Source of the DNA: Rhodoplanes serenus
GTDB lineage: Bacteria > Pseudomonadota > Alphaproteobacteria > Rhizobiales > Xanthobacteraceae
NCBI GenBank assembly: GCA_945897515.1
Contig: CAMDFO010000016.1
Span: forward strand, 3,262 to 67,261
Direction: 5' to 3'
DNA length: 64,000 bases
In this document: positions 28,601 to 37,290 of the stretch, one piece after another
How positions within the stretch are numbered: the stretch's first letter is position 1
Layout: the number at the start of each line of letters is the position of its first letter
Position numbers and translations under genes: made by a program
The notes under the pieces: model-generated
The model's database searches: none
Seen by the model: only the letters and a program-made list of their open reading frames with translations
What the model was told of the DNA's origin: nothing

Positions 28601-29944
28601 ATGTCCCTGCCGCAGGTTGCCCCTGAACTCGCAGCCCGGTTGGCCAACTACGTGCTCGACGAGCGAGCGCGGCTGTTGTTGCGGGACATCGCCGCGACGG
28701 TCGATCCGCAGATCGACCGCGCCATCGACCAGGTCATTGCGGGTGCGGCAAATCTGCCCCAGGTGGCCGCGCTTTACAGAAAGCACGGCAACGACATCCG
28801 CCGCATGGAAGCAGTGCAGTTTCGCGCGCTTCTGACTGCGGCGTTCGACGCGAGCTACCTGGAACAATGCCGCATCACCATCGAGCAGGAAACCAAGCTC
28901 GGCTTCGAAGGACGTGCGCGGATCAACTGCGGAGCGGCGGTGTTTCGCTGCGCGGTGGAAGCCCTGACGCGCCAGCACCGCTTCTCGCCGACGGCTTTGG
29001 CCGAGCGGGTGCGTGTCCTGTCCCAGGCGATCTTCTTCGACCTCGCCACCACCTCGACGTTCCATCTGCAATTGGTCGAGCGTGCGGCATCGGCCCGACG
29101 CCAGACCATCGACGAAGCGATTGCCGACTTCGACAGCGCCATCGGCGAGGTGATCGTCGCCATCAAGGACACCTCGGGCTCGCTGACCGATACGTCCGCA
29201 ACCATGCAACAGGTCGCGGGCGACACCCTGCGCCGCATGGCATCGGCATCCTCGGCCTCGTCCGAAACGGCGCAGAGCGTGGACGTTACCGTCAACGCCA
29301 CCGAGGAGCTGTCGGAATCGATCCGCGAGATCGGCGAGCAGACCGCGCGCGGTCTCGACATGGCAAGGTCCGCGGTCGCCGATACCGAGCGGACCAACAA
29401 GGCGATGCGGTCGCTCGACGAAGCGGCCGAAAAGATCGGTTCGGTGGTCGGGCTGATTTCCAAGATCGCATCGCAAACCAATCTGCTGGCGCTCAATGCC
29501 ACGATCGAGGCGGCCCGCGCCGGCGACGCCGGCAAGGGTTTCGCCGTGGTGGCTTCGGAGGTGAAGGCGCTGGCCAATCAGACCTCGCGCGCCACGGAAG
29601 ACATCTCCCGGCAGGTCGCCGCCATCCAGGACGCGGCCAAGGGCGCAGTCAACGAGATCGCTTCGATCGCGCGCAGCATCCAGGAGCTGACGGCGGTTTC
29701 GACGTCGATCGCCTCGGCGGTCGACCAGCAGGGCGCCACCACCCGCGAGATCGCGGAGAGCGTCCAGGTCGCGGCGGGCAACACCGCGCAGGCATCGATC
29801 GAGATCAAATCGGTCGAGCAGGCCGCGCGCCAGAGCGTCGCGGCGGTGGGCGAGATCAGCGGCTGGACCGAGCGGCTCTCCACGCGTGCGCAGGACCTTG
29901 AAACCAAGGTTGCGGGCTTCTTCACCCGCGTGCGCGCGGCTTAG
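28601..29944 (+). CDS. Soluble methyl-accepting chemotaxis protein with N-terminal protoglobin-like domain (HemAT-like)
   Basis: [37 protein letters not shown] signalling domain; no TM segment; globin-like N-terminus ([13 protein letters not shown]...LGF). Confidence 0.9.
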   Translation: MSLPQVAPELAARLANYVLDERARLLLRDIAATVDPQIDRAIDQVIAGAANLPQVAALYRKHGNDIRRMEAVQFRALLTAAFDASYLEQCRITIEQETKLGFEGRARINCGAAVFRCAVEALTRQHRFSPTALAERVRVLSQAIFFDLATTSTFHLQLVERAASARRQTIDEAIADFDSAIGEVIVAIKDTSGSLTDTSATMQQVAGDTLRRMASASSASSETAQSVDVTVNATEELSESIREIGEQTARGLDMARSAVADTERTNKAMRSLDEAAEKIGSVVGLISKIASQTNLLALNATIEAARAGDAGKGFAVVASEVKALANQTSRATEDISRQVAAIQDAAKGAVNEIASIARSIQELTAVSTSIASAVDQQGATTREIAESVQVAAGNTAQASIEIKSVEQAARQSVAAVGEISGWTERLSTRAQDLETKVAGFFTRVRAA

Positions 29945-30021
29945 GTCGCCGTCCCTCGGGCAACCGGGACAATTGCCTGAAAAGCAAGGCTTTCCGGCGT
30001 TATTGCACGGCTCTCATGCGC

Positions 30022-30037
30022 CAAAATGATTTTGACA
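30022..30037 (+). promoter_or_regulatory. Putative sigma70 -35 (TTGACA) overlapped by the palindrome CAAAATgATTTTG
   Basis: Seen directly about 110 bp upstream of the ThDP enzyme start; no convincing -10 box. Confidence 0.35.
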
Positions 30038-30148
30038 GGCGGTGCGCCCTATGGTCTTTTCCGGGCGAACCTGCCGCGTCCGTAGCGTGCTCCGTGTCTT
30101 GTCCGGTGCCCGTGTTGACGGCGGGCCGAACCGGGGGACATCAGCACC

Positions 30149-31960
30149 ATGGCGCCGAAATCCAATCCTGCGATCAAAGATCCTGACGTCCACAAGGTCG
30201 AGCGTCTCTCGACGCCGTATTCGACCAATGCGGCTGCTTTCGGCAGCGACGTCGTGGCCGAGACGCTGAGCGCGCTCGATATTCCTTACATCGCGCTCAA
30301 TCCCGGGGCGAGCTATCGCGGATTGCACGACAGCATCGTGAACTTCCTCGGCAACGAGCAGCCGCAGATGCTGCTTTGCCTGCACGAAGAGGCCGCGGTC
30401 GCGATCGCGCACGGCTACGCCAAGGTCACCGGCAAGGCGATGGCCGCGGCGGTGCATTCCAACGTCGGCCTGTTCCACGCCACCATGGCGATCTTCAACG
30501 CCTGGTGCGACCGCATGCCGATCCTGATCCTCGGCGCCACCGGGCCGGTCGATGCCATGAAGCGCCGCCCGTGGATCGACTGGATCCACACCGCCGCCGA
30601 CCAGGGCGCGATCATCCGCAACTACACCAAATGGGATGACCAGCCGGCTTCGGCCGGCGCCGCCCGCGAATCGGTGCTGCGCGCCTACTGGATGTCGAAC
30701 ACGCATCCGCAGGGCCCGACCTACATCAATCTCGACGCCGAGGTGCAGGAGGGCAAGCTCAACGCGCCGCTGCCGCCGATCGACGCCAAGCGCTACATGC
30801 CGCCGGTGGTGAGCAGCCCCGGCGCCGAACTGGTCAAGAAGGCCGCCGACCTGCTCAAGAACGCCAAGCGTCCGGTGATCCTCGCCGGCCGCATGTCGCG
30901 CAACATCGATGACTGGAATCGCCGCATCGAGCTCGCCGAGGCGCTCGACGCGCGCGTCGCCACCGGCCTGAAGGTCGGTGCGGTGTTCCCGACCGATCAT
31001 CCGCTGCACATCGGCGTGCCGGGCGGCGTTCCGGGCGACGAGGTGATTGCCGCCATCAAGGAGGCCGACGTCATCCTGAACCTGGACTGGGTCGATTTCG
31101 GCGGCACCATCAAGGCCGCCGGCGGCGCGCCTCCCGGCACCATCATCAGCGTGTCGCTGGACCAGACCATCCACAACGGCTGGAGCATGGATTACCAGGG
31201 CCTGCCGCCGGTCGACCTGTTCATCGCGGCCGATACCGATGCGACCGTCGAGGCGCTGGTCGGCGCCATCGGCAAGAGCACCAAGTCAAAGAAGCCCGCG
31301 GTGGTCCGCACCCTGAAGCCGAAGCCGTCGCCTGACGGCGAGATGGCGGCGGCGGACATGGCCAGCGTGCTGCGTCACGTGGTGGGCGACCGCAAGGTCT
31401 GCATCACCCACGTCTCGCTGTCCTGGCACGGCGACTTCTGGGATTTCCGTCACCCGCTCGACTACGTCGGCTCCGACGGTGGCGGCGGCGTCGGCGGCGG
31501 CCCCGGCATTTCGGTCGGCGCGGCGCTCGCGCTCAAGGGCTCCGGCCGCCTGCCGATCGCGGTCTGCGGCGACGGCGACTTCATGATGGGCAACACCGCG
31601 GTCTGGACTGCGGTGCACTACCGCATTCCCATCCTGTTCGTGGTGGCGAATAATCGCTCGTTCTACAACGACGAGGTCCATCAGGAGCGGATGGCCATCG
31701 CTCGTAACCGCCCGGTGGACAACAAGTGGATCGGCCAGCGCATCAGCGATCCGGACATCGACATCGCGGGTGTGGCGAAGGCGCAGGGCGCCAAGGGCTT
31801 TGGCCCGGCGCGCAATGCGGGCGAGCTGGAGAAGTTCCTCAAGGAGGCGATCGCAGCCGTCGAAGCCGGCGAGTGCGCCGTGGTCGACGCCCGGATCATT
31901 CCGAGCTACAGCCCGGCCAGTGCGAAGGAAATGGCGCGCGGGAAGTCCGATCGGGGCTGA
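30149..31960 (+). CDS. Thiamine diphosphate-dependent enzyme (acetolactate synthase / benzoylformate decarboxylase superfamily)
   Basis: NPGAS, LHEEAAVAIAHGYAK, GDGDF...VVANN. Confidence 0.92.
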   Translation: MAPKSNPAIKDPDVHKVERLSTPYSTNAAAFGSDVVAETLSALDIPYIALNPGASYRGLHDSIVNFLGNEQPQMLLCLHEEAAVAIAHGYAKVTGKAMAAAVHSNVGLFHATMAIFNAWCDRMPILILGATGPVDAMKRRPWIDWIHTAADQGAIIRNYTKWDDQPASAGAARESVLRAYWMSNTHPQGPTYINLDAEVQEGKLNAPLPPIDAKRYMPPVVSSPGAELVKKAADLLKNAKRPVILAGRMSRNIDDWNRRIELAEALDARVATGLKVGAVFPTDHPLHIGVPGGVPGDEVIAAIKEADVILNLDWVDFGGTIKAAGGAPPGTIISVSLDQTIHNGWSMDYQGLPPVDLFIAADTDATVEALVGAIGKSTKSKKPAVVRTLKPKPSPDGEMAAADMASVLRHVVGDRKVCITHVSLSWHGDFWDFRHPLDYVGSDGGGGVGGGPGISVGAALALKGSGRLPIAVCGDGDFMMGNTAVWTAVHYRIPILFVVANNRSFYNDEVHQERMAIARNRPVDNKWIGQRISDPDIDIAGVAKAQGAKGFGPARNAGELEKFLKEAIAAVEAGECAVVDARIIPSYSPASAKEMARGKSDRG

Positions 31961-31985
31961 TCGCGGCTCGCGGGCGGGAGTGCTG

Positions 31986-32849
31986 ATGGCTGCCGCACCA
32001 AACGCTTCCGCGCGTCCGGGAGATGGCGGTTCCGCATCTGCGGAACCGCTGCTCGTGGTCGACGACATCTACAAGCAGTTCGAGACGCCGGAAGGTCCGG
32101 TTATCGCGGTCGATCATATTTCGCTGAAGGTGATGCCCGGCGAATTCCTGTCGGTGATCGGCCCGTCCGGTTGCGGCAAGTCCACCCTGTTCAACATCAT
32201 GGGTGGGCTGCTGGACGATTATCAGGGCCGGGTTTCGGTGGCCGGCGAGACCGTGAAGGGACCGCATGCGTCGATCGGCATGATCTTCCAGGAGGAGTCG
32301 ACCTTCCCCTGGCGCACCGTCATCGACAACGTGGCGTTCCCGCTCGAGATCGCCGGGATGCCGAAGGCCGAGCGTCACGATCGGGCGCTGCATTTCATCG
32401 ATCTGGTCGGGCTCAACGGATTCGAGCGGCGCTATCCCGCCGAGCTGTCGGGCGGCATGCGCCAGCGGGTCTCGATGGCGCGCACGCTGGCGTCGGAGCC
32501 GAAGATCCTGCTGATGGACGAGCCGTTCGCGGCTCTCGACGAGCAGACCCGGCTGCTGCTTGGCGACAAGGTCGTACAGATTCAGCAGCAGCTCCAGCAG
32601 ACCACGCTGCTCATCACCCACAACCTCACGGAAGCGGTGCAACTTTCGGATCGCATCCTGGTGATGACCTACCGGCCCGGCAAGACCAAGCGCATCGTCG
32701 AGATCAAGCTGCCGCGGCCGCGCAGCTCGGAGATCGTCGGCAGCGATGCCTTCGGCCATTACGTCGCACAAATCTGGAACGATTTGCGCGAGGAGGCGAG
32801 CCGGGGCCTGAAAGACGACGAATCGCGCAGAGCCGAAAGGAGGCGCTGA
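31986..32849 (+). CDS. ABC transporter ATP-binding protein, NitT/TauB/SsuB family
   Basis: GPSGCGKST, LSGGMRQR, LLMDEPFAALD, ITH. Confidence 0.95.
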   Translation: MAAAPNASARPGDGGSASAEPLLVVDDIYKQFETPEGPVIAVDHISLKVMPGEFLSVIGPSGCGKSTLFNIMGGLLDDYQGRVSVAGETVKGPHASIGMIFQEESTFPWRTVIDNVAFPLEIAGMPKAERHDRALHFIDLVGLNGFERRYPAELSGGMRQRVSMARTLASEPKILLMDEPFAALDEQTRLLLGDKVVQIQQQLQQTTLLITHNLTEAVQLSDRILVMTYRPGKTKRIVEIKLPRPRSSEIVGSDAFGHYVAQIWNDLREEASRGLKDDESRRAERRR

Positions 32850-33619
32850 TGGCTTCGCGCGCCTTCTTCATGCGACAGGTGGTGCCGATTCTGTTCGGCA
32901 TCGCATGCCTGCTGGCCGTGGTGGTGGCGATCGAGCTCCTCATCAGGCTCGGTGCGATCAACCGCTTCATCGTTCCTTACCCGTCGGAAATCGCCGGCAG
33001 CTTCAAACGCATCATCGTTGAGGAGGATGTGCCGGCGCGCTTCCTGCTCACCACAGGGGAAGCATTGGCTGCGAGCCTGATGCTGACCGTGGTCGGGATT
33101 TCGCTCGGCGCCTTGCTGCATCGCATGCATCTGCTGCGGCTCGCGACCGAGACCTGGATCGCCGCCGTTGCGTCGGCGCCGCTGGTGCTGATGTACCCGC
33201 TGTTCCTGGTGATTTTCGGCCGCAGCGCGCTGACCATCATCATGATGGGCTTCGTCTCGGCGCTGCCGCCCGTGATACTCAAGACGCTGGAGGGGCTTTC
33301 CACCACGCGAGTGGTGCTGATCAACGTCGGCCGGAGCTTCAAGCTTACGCCGTCGCAGCTCTACTGGAAGATTTTGTTTCCTTCGGCGCTGCCGACGATC
33401 TTCGTCGGCGTGCGGCTCGGCATGATCTTCGCGCTGATCAACATCGTCGGCGTCGAGTTTCTGATCAATTTCGGCGGACTGGGCCAGCTCGTGAACGAGC
33501 TCGCCGAGCGCTATGACCTGCCCGGGACCTATGCGGCGATCTGCTTCGTGATCCTGGTCAGCGTCGTGTTCTTCATCGTCACCGAACGGATCGAACGATG
33601 GCTCAGACCGGGCACCTGA
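32849..33619 (+). CDS. ABC transporter permease, TauC/SsuC family
   Basis: Hydrophobic; TGATG coupling with the ATPase gene; KILFPSALPTIFVGVR, GLG. Confidence 0.9.
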   Translation: MASRAFFMRQVVPILFGIACLLAVVVAIELLIRLGAINRFIVPYPSEIAGSFKRIIVEEDVPARFLLTTGEALAASLMLTVVGISLGALLHRMHLLRLATETWIAAVASAPLVLMYPLFLVIFGRSALTIIMMGFVSALPPVILKTLEGLSTTRVVLINVGRSFKLTPSQLYWKILFPSALPTIFVGVRLGMIFALINIVGVEFLINFGGLGQLVNELAERYDLPGTYAAICFVILVSVVFFIVTERIERWLRPGT

Positions 33620-34434
33620 CCGCAGCGCCGGCGGCGCCGAACATTTGGGCCGCCATGCCCCTGAAGCGGCGCGTGATGTGGCTTCGCATCGCGCTGCTGG
33701 TGGGGATCGTGGCGGTCTGGGAGGCGGTGGCGGCATCGGGGCTGCTGTTCCGCGATGTCGTGCCCTCGCTCCTCACCGTCGGCCGGTCGCTGTTCGATAT
33801 CGTGACCAAGCCCGACTACAAGGTGACGCTCGGCGGCTCCGAAATCTGGATTCCCGAATTCTACCGCCATCTGTGGGTGACCACGGGCGAAGTCGCGACC
33901 GCGATGACGATTGGTGGCCTTGCCGGTCTTGTCATCGGACTGCTGCTGGGGACCAATCCGTTCCTCAGCGGGGCCTTCGAGCGCTTTCTCTACTATCTCG
34001 GCCCGACGCCCAAGATCATCTTCTTTCCGATCATGATCATGTGGTTCGGAGTCGGACCGGGATCGAAGGTCGCGATGGGGACGATCTCCTGCTTCTTCCC
34101 GGTGGTGCTCAGCGCCGCGGCCGGCGTGCGCCAGGTCGAGAGCGTGCTGATCCGCGTCGGCCGCAGCTTCCGGCTCAATTCATGGCAGATGGTCACCAAG
34201 ATTTATCTTCCGGCGATGCGGCCGTCGATCATCAACGGCGTGCGGCTCGGTCTCGGCGTGGCGGTCATCGGCACGTTGCTGGCGGAAACCAAGCTGTCCA
34301 ACCAGGGTGTCGGATTTCTCATCATCAATTCCTATTCGACCTTCGACATGCCGCGCATGTATGCGCTGCTGATGCTGCTGTTCATGGTCGCCATCGGCGC
34401 CAACGCCCTGGTCGGTCGTGCCAGCAGGGGCTAG
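33598..34434 (+). CDS. ABC transporter permease, TauC/SsuC family
   Basis: PKIIFFP, WFGVG, KIYLPAMRPSIINGVR, LAE. Confidence 0.9.
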   Translation: MAQTGHLTAAPAAPNIWAAMPLKRRVMWLRIALLVGIVAVWEAVAASGLLFRDVVPSLLTVGRSLFDIVTKPDYKVTLGGSEIWIPEFYRHLWVTTGEVATAMTIGGLAGLVIGLLLGTNPFLSGAFERFLYYLGPTPKIIFFPIMIMWFGVGPGSKVAMGTISCFFPVVLSAAAGVRQVESVLIRVGRSFRLNSWQMVTKIYLPAMRPSIINGVRLGLGVAVIGTLLAETKLSNQGVGFLIINSYSTFDMPRMYALLMLLFMVAIGANALVGRASRG

Positions 34435-34444
34435 CTCTATCCAC

Positions 34445-34528
34445 GTCATGGCCGTGCTTGTCACGGCCATCCACGTCTTGCTTCGATCAAAGCAAGACGT
34501 GGATGCCCGGCACAAGGCCGGGCATGAC
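34445..34528. repeat. REP-type palindromic element (GTCATGGCCG / GTCATGCCCGG subfamily)
   Basis: GTCATGGCCGTGCTTGTCACGGCCATCCACGTC...GACGTGGATGCCCGGCACAAGGCCGGGCATGAC. Confidence 0.92.
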
Positions 34529-34554
34529 AGCGAATGCGGAGTGCGAGGCGTTCC

Positions 34555-35868
34555 TCAAATCTGAACGACGTTGACCGTCCGGTCCTCGATCTCGCCGCGC
34601 ACGTGCGCGTAGAGGCGGGGACTGCGCGCCGACAGGATCTGCAGCGCAGCGAGCACTGCATTCGCTGGCTCCAGCACCGTCATCACCGGCACCTTGCTTG
34701 GCGCGCGCAGCGAGGACCAGATGTCCTCGGGGAACTCCTTGGCGCTCGCCGGCACCGTGATGACCGGGATGGTCGACATCGCGGAGATCGTTGGGCCCGC
34801 GCCGTTGGAGCGGCCGATGTAGGCGATCACCACCGTGTCCGGCACCTCCTGCACCATCTTGTGCAGGATGCCTGCCGCCGCGACCGGCTCCTTGTGCACA
34901 GAGCAGGTCACCACCTGCATCAGGTCCGCGAGAGGCCCGAGCGCCTTGGCGAAGGGCTCGGGGTTGTCGCTTTCCGAGCCGCGCCACAGGATGATGCGCT
35001 GCTGCGGAACGCGGAAGTTGCCGGTGATCTCGGCAACCCGGCGGTACGTCGCGGCCACATCGTCCAGCGCGCCGCCGTCGCGATAGACCTGCTTGTCGAT
35101 GTACGCGCCGTTGTCGAGGACGCGCCAGGAATCGTTGTCGATGACGTCAGCGAGCAGCAGGCGGTTCTGCGCGTCGAAACCGAACTCGACCTTGAAATCG
35201 ACCAGGGTGCGGCCTTCGAGCTGCCACGCCTTCTCCAGAACCAGGAACGCCTGGCGCGCGAGCCGCGACATCTCGGGATAGAGCTTCGCTTCGTCGGGGC
35301 GGATGAACACCTCGGAGGTGGCGAGCGTCAGGAACGGCTTCTGCTCAGGGAGCGGCTTCGACGGGACGTAAAGCTCGATCTGCGACGCGCCTTCCTTGTG
35401 GATCATCAGCGGATCGTCGGCGAGCAGCGGCTTGCCCTTCCAGCTCTTGTCCTTGGTCTTGAGGAAGAACTCCACGATCAGCTTCGGGAAAAGCTGGCCT
35501 TTGGCGAAGTGCGGCGTGCGCTTGAGGTACGAGCCGTGCGCCTCGCGCCGCACCACCACCTCGTAAGGGAGCATGGTGCAGCCCGGCGCGATAAACGATG
35601 TCGGGCTGTCCTGCTGCTCGAACGCCACCGGCAGGCCGCAGTCCTTGAGCAGGCGAAACACATTACAGGCGGTGGCGGTGGCGAGCCGTCCCTTGTCGGG
35701 AATGATGTCGTGCTTGGCGCCGTCGCCGGCGGTGATGTCGTCCTTGGCGACCAGCGCGACCAGGTCGGCGCGGCCGGCGACCTGGACGATGCGCTTGGTC
35801 TTGCCCTCGGACACGAGTGCGCCGAGCGAATACTTCGGGGATTGGCGTTCTGCCGTTTGTGCGTCCAC
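34555..35868 (-). CDS. purC: Bifunctional SAICAR synthetase / class II AIR carboxylase (PurC-PurE fusion, PAICS-like)
   Basis: N-terminal EGKTK, KDDITAGDG, EVVVRR..HGSYLKR, LVDFKVEFG, LADVIDNDSWR, DKQVYRD; C-terminal GSESD, SVHK, GRSNGAGP, PVITVP. GTG start after AGGA; ORF-track start is 35898. Confidence 0.92.
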   Translation of the reverse strand: MDAQTAERQSPKYSLGALVSEGKTKRIVQVAGRADLVALVAKDDITAGDGAKHDIIPDKGRLATATACNVFRLLKDCGLPVAFEQQDSPTSFIAPGCTMLPYEVVVRREAHGSYLKRTPHFAKGQLFPKLIVEFFLKTKDKSWKGKPLLADDPLMIHKEGASQIELYVPSKPLPEQKPFLTLATSEVFIRPDEAKLYPEMSRLARQAFLVLEKAWQLEGRTLVDFKVEFGFDAQNRLLLADVIDNDSWRVLDNGAYIDKQVYRDGGALDDVAATYRRVAEITGNFRVPQQRIILWRGSESDNPEPFAKALGPLADLMQVVTCSVHKEPVAAAGILHKMVQEVPDTVVIAYIGRSNGAGPTISAMSTIPVITVPASAKEFPEDIWSSLRAPSKVPVMTVLEPANAVLAALQILSARSPRLYAHVRGEIEDRTVNVVQI

Positions 35869-35882
35869 GACTTTTTCCTGCT

Positions 35883-35973
35883 GTTTATCCAGGACCAATG
35901 GTCCTCAGACCCCAATTAAATAAGGCAATCGGAGGCCGATTTGAAGCCTTCCGTGAGGACCCTGGTGGATAAC
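35883..35973 (-). promoter_or_regulatory. Candidate structured 5' leader of the purC-purE fusion
   Basis: Nested stems UUAUCC/GGAUAA, ACCA/UGGU and GGUCCUCA/UGAGGACC enclose two hairpins and end just before the RBS. Confidence 0.4.
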
Positions 35974-36005
35974 GCAAGGCCGCCCGCCGTCCGGCGGGTC
36001 CTGGC

Positions 36006-36791
36006 TTATCGGCTGCGCTTTTTGGCCGTGGCGGCGGCTTTCCTGGCGGCTTTCGCCTTCGGGTATTCGCCGGCCTTCCTCAGCCGCGTGCACCAGTATT
36101 CCCAGGCGCGGGCCTGCGGCCGTGGCTGGAGGTTGCGGTCCCATGCCTGCCGGGCTTCGCCGGGCGTCAACGGCGAGAGCGGCATGCCCTGCGCCTGCGT
36201 CATGAGCTGAAGCTCCGCGTTGCGGTAGCTGTAGATGATGCGGAACACGAGTTCCGTCAGGTTCTTGGCCGCGACCGTGACGCCGTGCCGGCGCAGCAGC
36301 ACCACCCAGTACGGACCGAGCGCCTTGGCGAGCGACGCGCCTTCCTCCGGCTTGAGCACGAGGAGGTTGGTGTCGCCGAACTCGTCGCGGCTGTCCCAGA
36401 ACGGCGTCTTCTCGCCGATCTGCGCGCCCATATGATAGAGCGGCAGAAGCTCGGCGCCGGTGTTGCAGAACGGCAGGAACGCCATGCCGTGATGGTGCGC
36501 GACGGCGTTGACGTCCGGCCGTGCCTTGTAGATTTCGCCGTGGATCACCAGCTCGCCGTAGCAGCGAATGCCCTTCGGCAGCGGTTTCACCGGCTCGGAA
36601 TCGAGCGTGTATTCATAGATGTCGCCGGGTTCCACCACCTCCGGGGAACGCGAGCGAGAGATCAGATAGCGGTCCGGCTTTGTGGGATGCCGCATGCTGA
36701 CGTGTCCGAACGCATCGATGATGCCTTCGAGGGACACGATGCGGTTTGCGATCGCAAGATCGAGCCGCGCCTGCGCCAATGGGTCAGCCAT
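36006..36791 (-). CDS. Class II aldolase/adducin family protein with basic C-terminal tail
   Basis: DAFGHVSMR, ELVIHGEIYKARPDV..VAHHH, LLRRHG. Confidence 0.9.
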   Translation of the reverse strand: MADPLAQARLDLAIANRIVSLEGIIDAFGHVSMRHPTKPDRYLISRSRSPEVVEPGDIYEYTLDSEPVKPLPKGIRCYGELVIHGEIYKARPDVNAVAHHHGMAFLPFCNTGAELLPLYHMGAQIGEKTPFWDSRDEFGDTNLLVLKPEEGASLAKALGPYWVVLLRRHGVTVAAKNLTELVFRIIYSYRNAELQLMTQAQGMPLSPLTPGEARQAWDRNLQPRPQARAWEYWCTRLRKAGEYPKAKAARKAAATAKKRSR

Positions 36792-36809
36792 GGGTGTGCT
36801 CCGGTGTTG

Positions 36810-37283
36810 TCAGAATGCGCGGCCGATCAGCCAGTAATCGAGCGAGATGATGCCGCCGCCGTGGATCAGGAAATACAGCACGCCGATTGCCCACATCGCC
36901 GGATATTCCAGGCCAACCTTGTTCCAGAAATAGCCGTCGTACTTGGCGTGATCGTAGGCCGACAGCGCTAGCAGCACGAACAGCACCAGCGCCATCGGCC
37001 GCGTGAACAGGCCGAGCGCGACGCACGGCGCGGCGACAAACTGGGTCAGCACCGTGCCGTAGGTCCAGAGCCAGCCGGGGCGGTAGCCCTTGCGCTCGTA
37101 CATCGCCGCCACGTCCGGCAGGCTGCTGATCGGGCCGCCGGTGCCTTTGAAATAGCCGAGGCACATGCGCATGCCGTGCGGAACCATCGCGGCGCCCACT
37201 GCAAAGCGCAACAGCGCCTCGACCCAGGGGCCGAGCGCTTCATAGACGACGCCAAGCGCCGGGAAAATCAGCGGGATTTCCAT
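36810..37283 (-). CDS. DoxX family membrane protein
   Basis: LLRFAVG..MVPHG, LGLFTR, GLEYP, GGGIISLD. Confidence 0.9.
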   Translation of the reverse strand: MEIPLIFPALGVVYEALGPWVEALLRFAVGAAMVPHGMRMCLGYFKGTGGPISSLPDVAAMYERKGYRPGWLWTYGTVLTQFVAAPCVALGLFTRPMALVLFVLLALSAYDHAKYDGYFWNKVGLEYPAMWAIGVLYFLIHGGGIISLDYWLIGRAF

Positions 37284-37290
37284 GGACGGG

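Noticed and set aside
29945-30148. TPP riboswitch upstream of the ThDP enzyme / ABC operon
   Set aside because: The conserved CTGAGA...ACCTGA...GCGTAGGGA elements are not present.
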